Source of the DNA: a virus
Virus record (IMG/VR): IMGVR_UViG_3300031718_000005
Coordinates: 1-64,000 of that record
Reading direction: 5' to 3' (one strand)
DNA length: 64,000 nt
Below are positions 51,291 through 60,479 of the stretch, in pieces. The translations under genes and the position numbers were made by a program. Position 1 is the stretch's first letter. The number at the start of each line of letters is the position of its first letter. The notes beneath the pieces are model-generated. The model was not told where the DNA came from. It saw only the letters and a list, made by a program, of their open reading frames with translations, and searched no databases.

Positions 51291-52063
51291 GCGAACAGCA
51301 AAACCTTGTGGTGCAGGACGAGCCGAAGGCAGTAGTTCCGATCACCATCTACGAGATATTCGCGCAACTAGCCCGCGATCCTAACGTTGACCCAGTTCGC
51401 ATTCAACAGTTGATGGAACTGCAAGAGCGGGCTGAGGCACGGCAAGCCGAGAAGGAGTTCATTGCCGCCATGAACCGCTTGCAGCCGAAACTGCCACGGA
51501 TCACAAAACAGGGCAAGATCGCATTTGAGTCTCAGCGTACTGGCCAATCGCAGAACACGCCCTATGCTCGGTTCGAGGACATCGACGCCAAGATCCGACC
51601 ATTGCTGCATGACGAGGGGTTCTCAATCAGTTTCGGCACGGCTGCGCTAGAGAAGGGCGGCATTCTCATTACAGCCACATTGAGCCACGCGGCGGGGCAC
51701 AGTCGCACAGAGTCCATGCCGTTGCCGTTTGACACCAGCGGCAGCAAGAACAGCATACAGGCCGTGGGAAGCACAATGGCGTACGGGAAACGGTATTTAA
51801 TTTGCGCCATGCTGAACATCATCACCGTGGGTGAAGATGACGACGGCAACGCTGTCTCGTTCATCGACCAACAGCAACTCAACAGCATCATGGACCTGAT
51901 TATCGCTTCCGAGATGGACGAAACTTCTCAGGCCGCGTTTCGCAAGCTGATGAACGTGGAGCGGATTGAGGATATCCGCAAATCTAACTATCCGAAGGCC
52001 ATGTCCGCGCTGCACGCCAAGTTCAAGAAGTGGCGGCAAGAACATCCCGAGGTTTCTGTGTGA
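51287..52063 (+). CDS. erf: ERF-family single-strand annealing protein
   Basis: PYARFEDIDAKIRPLL and QAVGSTMAYGKRYLICAMLNI match the P22 Erf-type motifs (GATSSYARKYCLNGLFGI). Confidence 0.75.
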   Translation: MSEQQNLVVQDEPKAVVPITIYEIFAQLARDPNVDPVRIQQLMELQERAEARQAEKEFIAAMNRLQPKLPRITKQGKIAFESQRTGQSQNTPYARFEDIDAKIRPLLHDEGFSISFGTAALEKGGILITATLSHAAGHSRTESMPLPFDTSGSKNSIQAVGSTMAYGKRYLICAMLNIITVGEDDDGNAVSFIDQQQLNSIMDLIIASEMDETSQAAFRKLMNVERIEDIRKSNYPKAMSALHAKFKKWRQEHPEVSV

Positions 52064-52773
52064 AGTATTTACCCTACGAACAGAGAAGTCGCGAGTGGTT
52101 CGCTGCCAGGTTGGGAATTCCTTGCTCCTCGGAGTTCCACAAGATTATCACTCCGAAGACTATGAAGGTATCCAGCCAGGCACCGGCCTACGCTCATCGT
52201 CTGCTCGCAGAGTGGGTGAGCGGAGCGCAGTTAGACGCTTACGAATCCCCACACATGATGCGGGGTCAAGAGCTTGAAGCGGATGCGATAGCGGCATACG
52301 AACTTCTAACCGAAACCGAAACCACTCCGGGTAACTTCGTCACCACCGATGACGGAATGTTGGGTTGCTCGCCGGACAGGTTGATCGGCGAGGTAGGCGA
52401 CCTCGAATTGAAATGCCCAGCTTTGCAAACTCAGATCGGCTTCGCCATCGACGGCTTAGACGATGAGTACAAGTGCCAGGTGCAGGGTCGCATGCTGATC
52501 CACGGCCGAGAATTCTGCGACCTGTTCTCTTACCATCCGCTCGTATCCATCCCGCCGATTCGCCTACATCGCGACGAGAAGTTTATCGGTGCTATGCGCC
52601 CAGTGCTCGATACATTCGTTGAGCAACTACTGAAGGCACGGGAACTACTAGAGCAGCGCTACGGTCCATTCACGCGCAACGAACCGAAACCAGCAGCGGC
52701 CGACATGCTAGGGGTGAGCGACAAGGATTTGCAGGATATTCTCAAGGCCAGGGAGATTGTAGAAAAATGGTGA
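52060..52773 (+). CDS. YqaJ/lambda-Exo-like exonuclease
   Basis: QRSREWFAARLGIPCSSEFHKIIT. GCSPDRLI...GDLELKCP gives the PD-(D/E)xK arrangement. GTGA coupling to erf. Confidence 0.75.
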   Translation: MKYLPYEQRSREWFAARLGIPCSSEFHKIITPKTMKVSSQAPAYAHRLLAEWVSGAQLDAYESPHMMRGQELEADAIAAYELLTETETTPGNFVTTDDGMLGCSPDRLIGEVGDLELKCPALQTQIGFAIDGLDDEYKCQVQGRMLIHGREFCDLFSYHPLVSIPPIRLHRDEKFIGAMRPVLDTFVEQLLKARELLEQRYGPFTRNEPKPAAADMLGVSDKDLQDILKAREIVEKW

Positions 52774-53141
52774 GAGAAACCCAAGACGATGATTTTGGCG
52801 TAGAGATAACACAGCCCGAGTTGGTGCCGCACAATCTCCAAAAATACAGCATCACGCTTGACGCGGAAACCTGGGGCGAACTTGTCAGCGCGTTGCTCCA
52901 TCACGGTTACCAGGATCTCGCGAGCGTGCTAACTGCGGATCACGCGACTCCGACACCAATTAAGAGCGAGATAGCCAAAGTCCTGAAATCCTCCGAGAAG
53001 TGCCCGAAGTGCAACGGTGTCGGAGCGCCCTGGAATAATTCCTCATCGGTGCCCTGCGACCAGTGCGGCGGCTCAGGACGCATAGCGGGTGCTGTCCCAG
53101 GTTGCCGATTGGTGGCTGGCGTGCGGTTAGAGGTGCGATGA
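52767..53141 (+). CDS. protein with a DnaJ-type CxxCxGxG zinc finger
   Basis: CPKCNGVG ... CDQCGGSGR. Confidence 0.5.
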   Translation: MVRETQDDDFGVEITQPELVPHNLQKYSITLDAETWGELVSALLHHGYQDLASVLTADHATPTPIKSEIAKVLKSSEKCPKCNGVGAPWNNSSSVPCDQCGGSGRIAGAVPGCRLVAGVRLEVR

Positions 53142-53341
53142 AGCACGAATGGAAGATGCGCAGGATTACCGCCGACGAGCATCCTCAGTTGTGGCACTTG
53201 GAGGTGGACAGGCGCAACGGATATTACATCACAGCTTGCGGCTTACGCTTCGGTGCTGCCGGGAGTTGTTCTAGGAAATATGTCCCAGCCGGTGCATGCG
53301 TTAAATGCTTAAAGGCAAACACTAGGCTAGAGGTGAAATAG
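53138..53341 (+). CDS. hypothetical protein
   Basis: 67 aa from the ATGA-coupled ATG. Confidence 0.45.
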   Translation: MKHEWKMRRITADEHPQLWHLEVDRRNGYYITACGLRFGAAGSCSRKYVPAGACVKCLKANTRLEVK

Positions 53342-53578
53342 ATGGCTCAAGAGAAATTGCGGCGTGTTCAGCTTCTTACCGGCTGCGAAGATGATATGCA
53401 CCGTCCGCTCTATGGTCTGTTCGAGGTGCTGATCAACGATGAGCAGCTTCGTCGGCAGATGCTCCGGGCCTATAAGAATAGTGGTCGCAAATCGACGAAT
53501 GGAGCGCTTGTTGTCAGGTATCAACCAGCAACGCAGGCGCAAGCAGAAAACATGGTCAAGCACCAAAACGCCCAATGA
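53342..53578 (+). CDS. hypothetical protein
   Basis: 78 aa. Confidence 0.5.
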   Translation: MAQEKLRRVQLLTGCEDDMHRPLYGLFEVLINDEQLRRQMLRAYKNSGRKSTNGALVVRYQPATQAQAENMVKHQNAQ

Positions 53579-53952
53579 AACGCAGCCCAGTAAGGAAACG
53601 ACGTCCTGGTGGACCGCGTAGAGGTCCGATGAGATGCGACGAATACCGCCTGTGGGTCGCTCTTCACGGCTGCTATATCTGCTATTTCGTTGTTCCGTTA
53701 AATGGGCAGTATGTTGAACGAGATGGTTTTCCTGGCGCTAAACACGCCGAGGCTGTCTCACAAGCGTGTCACACGGAAAACAACGGCACAAGCTCTAAAG
53801 GTCCGGACAGTTCATGCGTTCCGCTTTGTCCGCATCACCACGCGGTTTACGATCAAGGGCGCAAATCATTCGAGTGGTTTTTCAAAGTGGACATGAAAGC
53901 CATCGCAGCGCAGTACTATGCTGCTTGGCTCGCAGAGGGCAATAAACCGTGA
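53575..53952 (+). CDS. DUF968/YbcO-like putative nuclease
   Basis: YRLWVALHGCYIC ... CHTENNGTSSKGPDSSCVPLCPHHH. Motif-level match only. Confidence 0.4.
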   Translation: MKRSPVRKRRPGGPRRGPMRCDEYRLWVALHGCYICYFVVPLNGQYVERDGFPGAKHAEAVSQACHTENNGTSSKGPDSSCVPLCPHHHAVYDQGRKSFEWFFKVDMKAIAAQYYAAWLAEGNKP

Positions 53953-54140
53953 AGATTGTAACAGTAAGCACGCAAGTGGAAATACCGCGAATCCCAAACT
54001 TCCTGAGGACCGCCGCCGGAATGCTGCCGCTAACCGCGTTTTCGGATGAGGGCTTGCGGGAAATCGGCGAGCAGTGGATTGAGAATCTGCTGGAGAGGCG
54101 CAAAGAGCAAGCGGAGGATTCCAAAAACAATGACATCTGA
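53949..54140 (+). CDS. hypothetical protein
   Basis: 63 aa. Confidence 0.45.
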   Translation: MKIVTVSTQVEIPRIPNFLRTAAGMLPLTAFSDEGLREIGEQWIENLLERRKEQAEDSKNNDI

Positions 54141-54333
54141 AACCTTCGAGCTATACCACAAAAGCGGGGTAAGGCGCACGATCCGGCTGAAGGCGTGGGG
54201 CTTCGCCACCAAAAGCGGCGTGTTGCGGCTTCATTCCTTACGTACCGGATCGCGGAAGCATGCGCTTCTAGTAAAGGGGCCGCGCGAGAAGTTGGTTGAG
54301 TTGGAAGTAACGATCAAAGCGAAGACTGGATAA
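54130..54333 (+). CDS. hypothetical protein
   Basis: 67 aa ending KAKTG-stop, the same ending as the next gene. Confidence 0.4.
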   Translation: MTSETFELYHKSGVRRTIRLKAWGFATKSGVLRLHSLRTGSRKHALLVKGPREKLVELEVTIKAKTG

Positions 54334-54335
54334 CC

Positions 54336-54536
54336 ATGACAAAAGAATTGGCACTTCGGAATTGTAGGATGCTGGCCCTGAGGGAACTGCGTAGGCACGA
54401 TACAGGTAGATCTGACACGGTGCTGACATATGCAGCCTGGAAACACATCCTGCGTTTCTGCGAAGAGGCCGGGGTAAGAGGCTCAATTCTTCGAGATGAC
54501 ATAACGACCAAGGGAACGAAAGCGAAGACTGGGTAA
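54336..54536 (+). CDS. hypothetical protein
   Basis: 66 aa ending KAKTG-stop. Confidence 0.45.
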   Translation: MTKELALRNCRMLALRELRRHDTGRSDTVLTYAAWKHILRFCEEAGVRGSILRDDITTKGTKAKTG

Positions 54537-54550
54537 AGGGAGAATCATCC

Positions 54551-54907
54551 ATGTTTCTGACTTTGCGCGGTCACGTGCCAGGAAAGAAAAATGCTTGGAC
54601 TCGTTCAGCCAAAGGCGGGATGCACCTGCCTGCCGGAGTGAAGGCTGAGATTGACGGGCTGATCCTGCAAGCGAAGTCTCAGCGGCCAGAGCGCCCGATC
54701 AACATCGCGACCGTTTCCGCTACATTCTTCGTTAGTAATTTCAAGTCCGATCTGGACGGGAAACTCACTACGCTACTTGATGTGCTGGTGAAAGCATCGG
54801 TGCTGCGGAATGACTCAATGGCGCACGTTCAGGCTCTCAAGGCTTACATGGTTCTCAATGTTCCGTTCGGGGACAAAACCGATATCGAGGTGCGAGATAT
54901 AGAATGA
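54551..54907 (+). CDS. rusA: RusA-like Holliday junction resolvase
   Basis: PGKKNAW ... SDLDGKLTTLLDVLVKASVLRNDS, compared with RusA DLDN..K...DAL....DD. Confidence 0.6.
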   Translation: MFLTLRGHVPGKKNAWTRSAKGGMHLPAGVKAEIDGLILQAKSQRPERPINIATVSATFFVSNFKSDLDGKLTTLLDVLVKASVLRNDSMAHVQALKAYMVLNVPFGDKTDIEVRDIE

Positions 54908-55095
54908 AGATCCTGACTCCCTGGACGTACACCTGCCCGTTGAACAGCCCGTTGTGCAAGCGCGATAAACCGTGTATCGGATGCTGGAAGCTCGGGGTAG
55001 CGGAAGCGCAGCGCGATTTAGCGAAACCGCGCATGACGGCTCCAAGGTTGAAAGTGAAACCAGAGAAGCCAGTACTGCTGAGGAAACGGAAATGA
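54904..55095 (+). CDS. small Cys-rich protein
   Basis: 63 aa with four Cys: CPLNSPLC-x6-CIGC. Confidence 0.45.
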   Translation: MKILTPWTYTCPLNSPLCKRDKPCIGCWKLGVAEAQRDLAKPRMTAPRLKVKPEKPVLLRKRK

Positions 55096-56304
55096 GTGCC
55101 GGCCGTGCGTTGGAGAAATGGCTTGGCGCAAGCTCTTAAAGCTCCGTTTCCCTGGTTTGGCGGCAAGTCTCGAGTCGCACGCCTGGTTTGGGATCGTTTT
55201 GGAAATTGTGACAATTTCGTAGAGCCTTTCGCCGGTTCCCTCGCGGTTCTGTTGGGTCGTCCCCATGCTCCTCAAACCGAAACCGTCAACGATCTGGATT
55301 GCTACCTAGCCAACTTCTGGCGAGCTCTCAGCAAAGACCCCGTTGAATTAGCCGAGCACGCCGATTGGCCGGTAAACGAAGCCGATCTCCACGCCCGTCA
55401 TCTGTGGCTCGTGAATCAGACTGAATTCCGGGAGCGCATGAAGACGGATCCAGACTTCTACGATGTCAAGATAGCGGGCTGGTGGGTATGGGGAATCTCT
55501 CAATGGATCGGTTCAGGATGGTGCTCGAGGCCGGAATGGACCGGGCGCACCAATGCAGGGCGAGTTAACCGAGGTGTTCATCGCAACGTCAACGCTGAGA
55601 TTCGTCCGTTTCTTTCAAATGGCGGCATGGGCGTCCATCGGCAACTTCCGCAGCTCTCAGGCGACTCAACCGCACAAGGCCGTGGCGTCTTCAGTAACGA
55701 CGTACTGGACCGCAAGCGTCCGATGATCCACGGAACACATATCGGCAAGGGCGTCCATGCGAAGCGTGCCAACCTTTCAGGGCGGGTAAACGGCGTCGGA
55801 GTGCATGCTGACCGCTGCAACGCGCTCCTCGAGTACTTCTACGCCTTAGCCGACCGATTACGACGCGTCCGGGTATGCTGTGGCGACTGGACTCGAGTAC
55901 TCGGGCCGTCAGTCATGGTCAAGCACGGTGTCTGTGGAATCTTCCTTGACCCACCGTACGACATGCGCATTGTTTCAAACGCGGGATCCGGGCGAGACGG
56001 CGCGGCGCCTTCAGACGGATTATATTCAGAACACGATAACGAACTATCGGCAGAGGTAAGGAAATGGGCACTCGAGAACGGCAATAACCCACTCCTGAGA
56101 ATCGCCCTCTGCGGATATCAGGAGGAACACGACATGCCGGAAGAATGGGAATGTGTCGCCTGGAAAGCGCAAGGCGGGTACGGAAACCAGGGTACCGAGA
56201 CGAACGGGCGAAAGAACGCCGGCCGGGAGCGAATCTGGTTCAGCCCCCACTGCCTGAAACTGGGATTATTCGGCTTAGTGGAATTTGAAAGTGCGAACGT
56301 CTGA
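55096..56304 (+). CDS. DNA methyltransferase, D12/Dam-like (N6-adenine class)
   Basis: FPWFGGKSRVA...VEPFAGSLAV and IFLDPPYD. GTG start. 402 aa, with a long insertion relative to typical Dam. Confidence 0.75.
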   Translation: MPAVRWRNGLAQALKAPFPWFGGKSRVARLVWDRFGNCDNFVEPFAGSLAVLLGRPHAPQTETVNDLDCYLANFWRALSKDPVELAEHADWPVNEADLHARHLWLVNQTEFRERMKTDPDFYDVKIAGWWVWGISQWIGSGWCSRPEWTGRTNAGRVNRGVHRNVNAEIRPFLSNGGMGVHRQLPQLSGDSTAQGRGVFSNDVLDRKRPMIHGTHIGKGVHAKRANLSGRVNGVGVHADRCNALLEYFYALADRLRRVRVCCGDWTRVLGPSVMVKHGVCGIFLDPPYDMRIVSNAGSGRDGAAPSDGLYSEHDNELSAEVRKWALENGNNPLLRIALCGYQEEHDMPEEWECVAWKAQGGYGNQGTETNGRKNAGRERIWFSPHCLKLGLFGLVEFESANV

Positions 56305-56408
56305 GAGCTTCTATGCCCCTGGTGATTAACCGTGGTTTGCTATTATGTTCGTGCTCTTCTCGACTTTGGTTCATCGGTAGCAGTGCACAAACGTTCGCAC
56401 TTTGAAGC

Positions 56409-57026
56409 ATGCTAAAGGCACTTGATCTGTTCTGTGGGGCGGGAGGCGCAACAAAGGGCTTGCAGCGTGCCGGGTTCCACGTCACAGGTGTCGATATCAA
56501 TCCGCAGCCGCGCTATTGCGGGGATGAGTTTCACCAGGCCGATGCACTCACGTTTCCGCTGGAAGGGTTCAATTTCATTTGGGCCAGTCCGCCTTGCCTT
56601 AAATACACCACAGCGACGGCCAGGTATCGCAAAGCCGGTAAAGTTTATCCGCAATTGATCGAGCCGATGCGGGCACGGCTAACCGGTTGCGGTGTTTTGT
56701 GGGTAATTGAAAACGTTCCGCTCGCTCCGGTTCGCCGTGATCTGACTTTGTGTGGTTCGCAATTTGGCTTGCCAATTGTACGACATAGGGTATTCGAATT
56801 TAGTTGCCCGATTGGCGTGTTGCTTCCCTCGTGTGCGCACGTAAAGAATCCGATTACGGTATGCGGAGACGGGATGTGCTCAACGACGCGGGCACGAAGA
56901 CGCAAACAGGGACTTCCGCCCGACGTGCGTATTGCTGAAAAAAGAGCCGCCATGGCAATTCCGCCAGCCTACAGCGAGTTCATCGGCAGGCAGGTAATGG
57001 AAATACTTCGGGAGGGCGCACGGTAG
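56409..57026 (+). CDS. DNA cytosine-5 methyltransferase, unusually short
   Basis: Motif I LDLFCGAGGATKG, motif IV SPPCLKYT, motif VI IENV, motif VIII QFGLPIVRHRVF, motif X-like AMAIPPAYSEFIG. Only 205 aa. Confidence 0.75.
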   Translation: MLKALDLFCGAGGATKGLQRAGFHVTGVDINPQPRYCGDEFHQADALTFPLEGFNFIWASPPCLKYTTATARYRKAGKVYPQLIEPMRARLTGCGVLWVIENVPLAPVRRDLTLCGSQFGLPIVRHRVFEFSCPIGVLLPSCAHVKNPITVCGDGMCSTTRARRRKQGLPPDVRIAEKRAAMAIPPAYSEFIGRQVMEILREGAR

Positions 57027-57210
57027 AAACTCTCTACCGCTGCGTTGAGCGATGAGAAAAGCCCCAAACTCAAATGGTGAGGGGTTGAAACTGGGTGAGG
57101 CCGTAAAAACGAGCAAGCTGGGCCATTGCAAAGTTGCCTTAGAAAGTGATACCATTGGTTCAGTCGTTAGCAATCACCGAACCTCCGTCTTTCGGACCGG
57201 TTCACGACCG

Positions 57211-57243
57211 ACCCACCCCCTAGGTGGGTTTTGTCGTTTTTTT
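57211..57243 (+). terminator. rho-independent terminator
   Basis: ACCCACC-CCCTA-GGTGGGT followed by TTTGTCGTTTTTTT. Confidence 0.7.
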
Positions 57244-57788
57244 ACTTCCGCTGGCGGTTCCAGGTTTTGGTTTTCGAGACCCTGTATCCTGGAACCGCTT
57301 TCGACCTATTGCGGTTTAATCCGGTTCTGTGGTACTCTTGGGGCGTAGTTCTGTAGTCCTCCGGCCAGAGGTGAACTGCACGGAAACGGGTGCCTGACTC
57401 ATCGCAGGCACCCACGGTTACGATGAGATTCTCAGCACATCTCGCAGTAATAATCAAAACATCACAAAGTCCCGTTTCTTCCTTGGCCTCACTACGTCTG
57501 GGCGGGACACATCTACGCTGGCGGGCTTAGGAAACCAACGCGCTACCAGGGGATTCACCCGAGCGCGGATGCGGTGGGCGAAACGGATGACCGTGGGTGA
57601 GACGGCTGTTGGCCGTTCAAAGCACCGGATCTGGCGAGTCAACAGGTGAGCCAGAGCCGATCAATGGGACCCATACGGGAACTTCAAAGATTCGGTTAGC
57701 CTAGCTTTCTCTGCGGAGCGAGCTAGGCAGGACTCTGCCTCTCTTGCCCACCGTATTCTTAAAGATTCCCCCCTCGGTAGGCAGTTTT

Positions 57789-58094
57789 ATGAGAAAAGCA
57801 CGAACACGAAAGCAGCGACGGCGAATCCTCTACGAAGCCTTGATGAGGTTGGAGGGGATTGACCCCAACCCGAAGTGGACAGCACAGTACCGCGTCTATC
57901 TGAAGTCGGAAGGGTGGCGAAAGTTCGCCGCCAAGATTCGTGCTGATCGGGAAAAGTGCGAACGATGCGGCTCAACGCAAAGTCTGCAAGTTCACCATCT
58001 GACGTATTACCGATTGGGCCGCGAGCACCCGCAAGACGTGCAACTGTTGTGTAAATCATGCCACGAGGACGTTCATGGGAGGAAGTTCGAGTGA
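57789..58094 (+). CDS. HNH endonuclease
   Basis: CERCGSTQSLQVHHLTYYRLGREHPQDVQLLCKSCHEDVH. Confidence 0.8.
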   Translation: MRKARTRKQRRRILYEALMRLEGIDPNPKWTAQYRVYLKSEGWRKFAAKIRADREKCERCGSTQSLQVHHLTYYRLGREHPQDVQLLCKSCHEDVHGRKFE

Positions 58095-58141
58095 TTCGGG
58101 AAGCCCCACGAAGCCTGCCGCCGATTCCTTTCACTTTTCCC

Positions 58142-58171
58142 TTGACTCCTGTTTTGTCTTAGGACTATAGT
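58142..58171 (+). promoter_or_regulatory. candidate promoter with overlapping TAGGAC direct repeats
   Basis: TTGACT-18 nt-TATAGT ends 5 nt before the ATG at 58177. TAGGAC occurs at 58160 and 58171. Confidence 0.5.
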
Positions 58172-58176
58172 AGGAC

Positions 58177-58341
58177 ATGGCAGGAGCAAACAATCCAGAG
58201 ATTCACGTGTACATGACGCCAGCGCTTTATAAGCGGGTTAAGGCGGCGGCGAAAGAGGACCGGAGAAGCCTAACCACATTCATAGTTATGGCCCTGGAAG
58301 AAAAGTTGGCGCGAGTGCCGAAAGGTAAGCAAGCGGCATGA
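58177..58341 (+). CDS. ribbon-helix-helix protein (54 aa), probably leaderless
   Basis: IHVYMTPALYKRVKAAAKEDRRSLTTFIVMALEEKL. ATGA coupling to the next gene. Confidence 0.5.
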   Translation: MAGANNPEIHVYMTPALYKRVKAAAKEDRRSLTTFIVMALEEKLARVPKGKQAA

Positions 58342-58550
58342 TGAAGATCGAACCGGGCAAAGCAGTACGGATCACGATGAAGCGCGGCAAGATTAGCAAG
58401 AAGTTGCTGGTAACTGAAGTGGTTATTCCGTGCGTCGGCGACGAAGTGACTTGGGATGGCGATAGCTGGTTTATCACCAAGGCCAAGGAAGAGAAGATTC
58501 TAGCTGCGTTTCGGCCTGTAGGCAAGAAACTTAAGCAGGTATTCCCATAA
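58338..58550 (+). CDS. hypothetical protein
   Basis: 70 aa, coupled to the RHH gene. Confidence 0.45.
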   Translation: MMKIEPGKAVRITMKRGKISKKLLVTEVVIPCVGDEVTWDGDSWFITKAKEEKILAAFRPVGKKLKQVFP

Positions 58551-58551
58551 G

Positions 58552-58839
58552 ATGAGTTCCTGCCTCTGCGAACGCTACCAAGACCTGCTGGCCCAATGGC
58601 CGAAAGAGGACCGGCGCGGCGTAGACCTCGGAGCACGCACTTGGATCTCGCTGATCGACATCGGCGAGATAACAGAAGAGAACATCGGTGAAGTGTTTGA
58701 AGGGCTGGAGCGCTGGAAAGGCTCGGAGCAGTGGCGCAAGGGCTATATTCCGGCGATCAGCAACATGGACGGCAAGGGCTGGTTGCAGTTGAGGGCGTGG
58801 AAGGATTGGCCGAAGCAGGCGGAAAAGGAGCGATGGTGA
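58552..58839 (+). CDS. hypothetical protein
   Basis: 95 aa. Confidence 0.5.
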   Translation: MSSCLCERYQDLLAQWPKEDRRGVDLGARTWISLIDIGEITEENIGEVFEGLERWKGSEQWRKGYIPAISNMDGKGWLQLRAWKDWPKQAEKERW

Positions 58840-59162
58840 TGCCGAAACGAATTCAGCGCAAGCGCTTGAAAGGCTATAGAATGCCGGAAGGTGCGGTATA
58901 CGTAGGTCGCCCGACAAAATGGGGCAATCCATTCAGGGTAGGATTGCTGGCTTGTTTTTGCCGCTCTGCCGGGGAATGCCAACACAATGCACTTAGACGC
59001 GAAACGGCGGCTGAGGCGGCGCAGTCATACCGTGAACTTCCGCGCAGTCGCTTTAGGCTGGAAGAGATTCGCCGGGAGCTTCGCGGCAAAGACCTCGCCT
59101 GTTGGTGCCCACTGGATGAGCCTTGTCATGCGGATGTGCTGCTGGAAATCGCCAATGGCTGA
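58833..59162 (+). CDS. DUF4326-like protein
   Basis: YVGRPTKWGNPF ... DLACWCPLDEPCHADVLLEIANG. Confidence 0.6.
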   Translation: MVMPKRIQRKRLKGYRMPEGAVYVGRPTKWGNPFRVGLLACFCRSAGECQHNALRRETAAEAAQSYRELPRSRFRLEEIRRELRGKDLACWCPLDEPCHADVLLEIANG

Positions 59163-59535
59163 CAAACTCACCCAAGCGCACCTGAAGAAGCAGGTAGCAC
59201 GCCTGAAGGTTCTGCCGCGTGGCGATGAGAGGCCCTGGGGGACCGATAAAGAACCAGGGTTGCGCGAGGAGCTTCTGCGGGTGCTTTGGCAACAGGCGGC
59301 ATCGGACGAACACGCCACTAGAATCATCGACCACCTGATGGACGGTGCGGAGTTTTGCCCTACGCCTGCGGAGCTAATGGCGGCGGCTCAGGAGGTTCCC
59401 GAACGGCTGGGGATGCTGAGAGAGGCAGACGCCCAGTGCGTCAACTGTGGCGGCTCGGGATGGAAGAGAACGCAGGTGGGAAGCTATAGCGGAGTTAAGC
59501 GGTGCGAATGCACGTTAAAGGAGGTATCTCAATGA
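59155..59535 (+). CDS. hypothetical protein with a C-terminal zinc knuckle
   Basis: 126 aa with CVNCGGSGW...CEC. Confidence 0.5.
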   Translation: MADKLTQAHLKKQVARLKVLPRGDERPWGTDKEPGLREELLRVLWQQAASDEHATRIIDHLMDGAEFCPTPAELMAAAQEVPERLGMLREADAQCVNCGGSGWKRTQVGSYSGVKRCECTLKEVSQ

Positions 59536-59951
59536 GCAGAATCAATATTACCTACGACGAGGATTATCCAGGGCAGTTTGAATTATGGCAGGCCAACTGT
59601 CGGCGCTCTCTGCAAGGAAAGACGGGCCAAAAGGAACTCCGCGCTTTGCGGGATGCGCTACTAGCTTTGCCCGACAAGCGGCTTATCCACGGTTCGCTAG
59701 TGGATGAAGACGGCGAAGTGTGCGCGGTCGGAGCCTATGCGCGGCATAAGGGTCTTGACCTGCAAAAGTTCGATCCAGAAGACAATACCGATGACGTAGG
59801 CATCGAAGCGGGGATGCCCACGCTGGTTGCTTGGAAAGTTGTAGAGATGAACGACGACTATTTGTCGCGCCATCTGACGCCGGAGCAGCGATACGAGAAG
59901 ATGCTGGAATGGGTGAATGGCCAAATTTCGTCTGAGGTTGTGGCTGGATGA
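59532..59951 (+). CDS. hypothetical protein (CxxG-motif family)
   Basis: GEVCAVGAYARHKGLDL ... MND. Motif shared with the PRP C-terminus and 46593-46964. Confidence 0.55.
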   Translation: MSRINITYDEDYPGQFELWQANCRRSLQGKTGQKELRALRDALLALPDKRLIHGSLVDEDGEVCAVGAYARHKGLDLQKFDPEDNTDDVGIEAGMPTLVAWKVVEMNDDYLSRHLTPEQRYEKMLEWVNGQISSEVVAG

Positions 59952-59964
59952 TTAACCGAGGGGA

Positions 59965-60204
59965 ATGCTCTCTGAAGAAAGCGGTATACCGATGAGTGCC
60001 GATTTAGACGCGCGTAGGTTTCGGTGGGTAGAGAATCGTAAAGCGCTATGTGAATGGAAACATTCTATTCAGCATCCGGACGGTAGTTCTTTTCCGGGCT
60101 GCATTGTCGCTACCGAAACGGGCGCGGCTGCCGGTCCAACGCTGAGGGCGGCAATAGACCGGGCGATGCGCGAAATACCGACTCCGGAAGCGTTTGAATT
60201 GTAG
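59965..60204 (+). CDS. hypothetical protein
   Basis: 79 aa. An alternative ATG lies at 59992. Confidence 0.45.
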   Translation: MLSEESGIPMSADLDARRFRWVENRKALCEWKHSIQHPDGSSFPGCIVATETGAAAGPTLRAAIDRAMREIPTPEAFEL

Positions 60205-60245
60205 ATGGCCGCGATACACACTGAAGACGAGAAAGCGGTGCAGCG

Positions 60246-60479
60246 ATGAGCGAAACAGATCTACTAGACCGCGCCGAGCGGCTGCTGGATTCGTATTCCT
60301 TCATGACTCAGATTAAAGCGCGGGATGTTCGCATCAAGACCTTAGAGAACACGCTACAGAAGATAATCGAACACGAGCATGCCCTTGCTTGCAAATATTC
60401 AGTAGGAGAGCAATCATGGATGGAAGCGGCACGCCGTGCTCACGGTGGCTACGCCGCCCTGGACAAGAAAGCCAAGTGA
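60246..60479 (+). CDS. hypothetical protein
   Basis: 77 aa, helical. Confidence 0.5.
   Translation: MSETDLLDRAERLLDSYSFMTQIKARDVRIKTLENTLQKIIEHEHALACKYSVGEQSWMEAARRAHGGYAALDKKAK

Noticed and set aside
57242-57642. Two minus-strand ORFs (57242-57457 and 57454-57642) as genes.
   Set aside because: They have TTG/TTGA-type starts and R-rich sequence. Perfect hairpins lie inside them, and the C-terminus runs into the plus-strand terminator region. They are kept only as a possibility within the ORF-poor-region finding.
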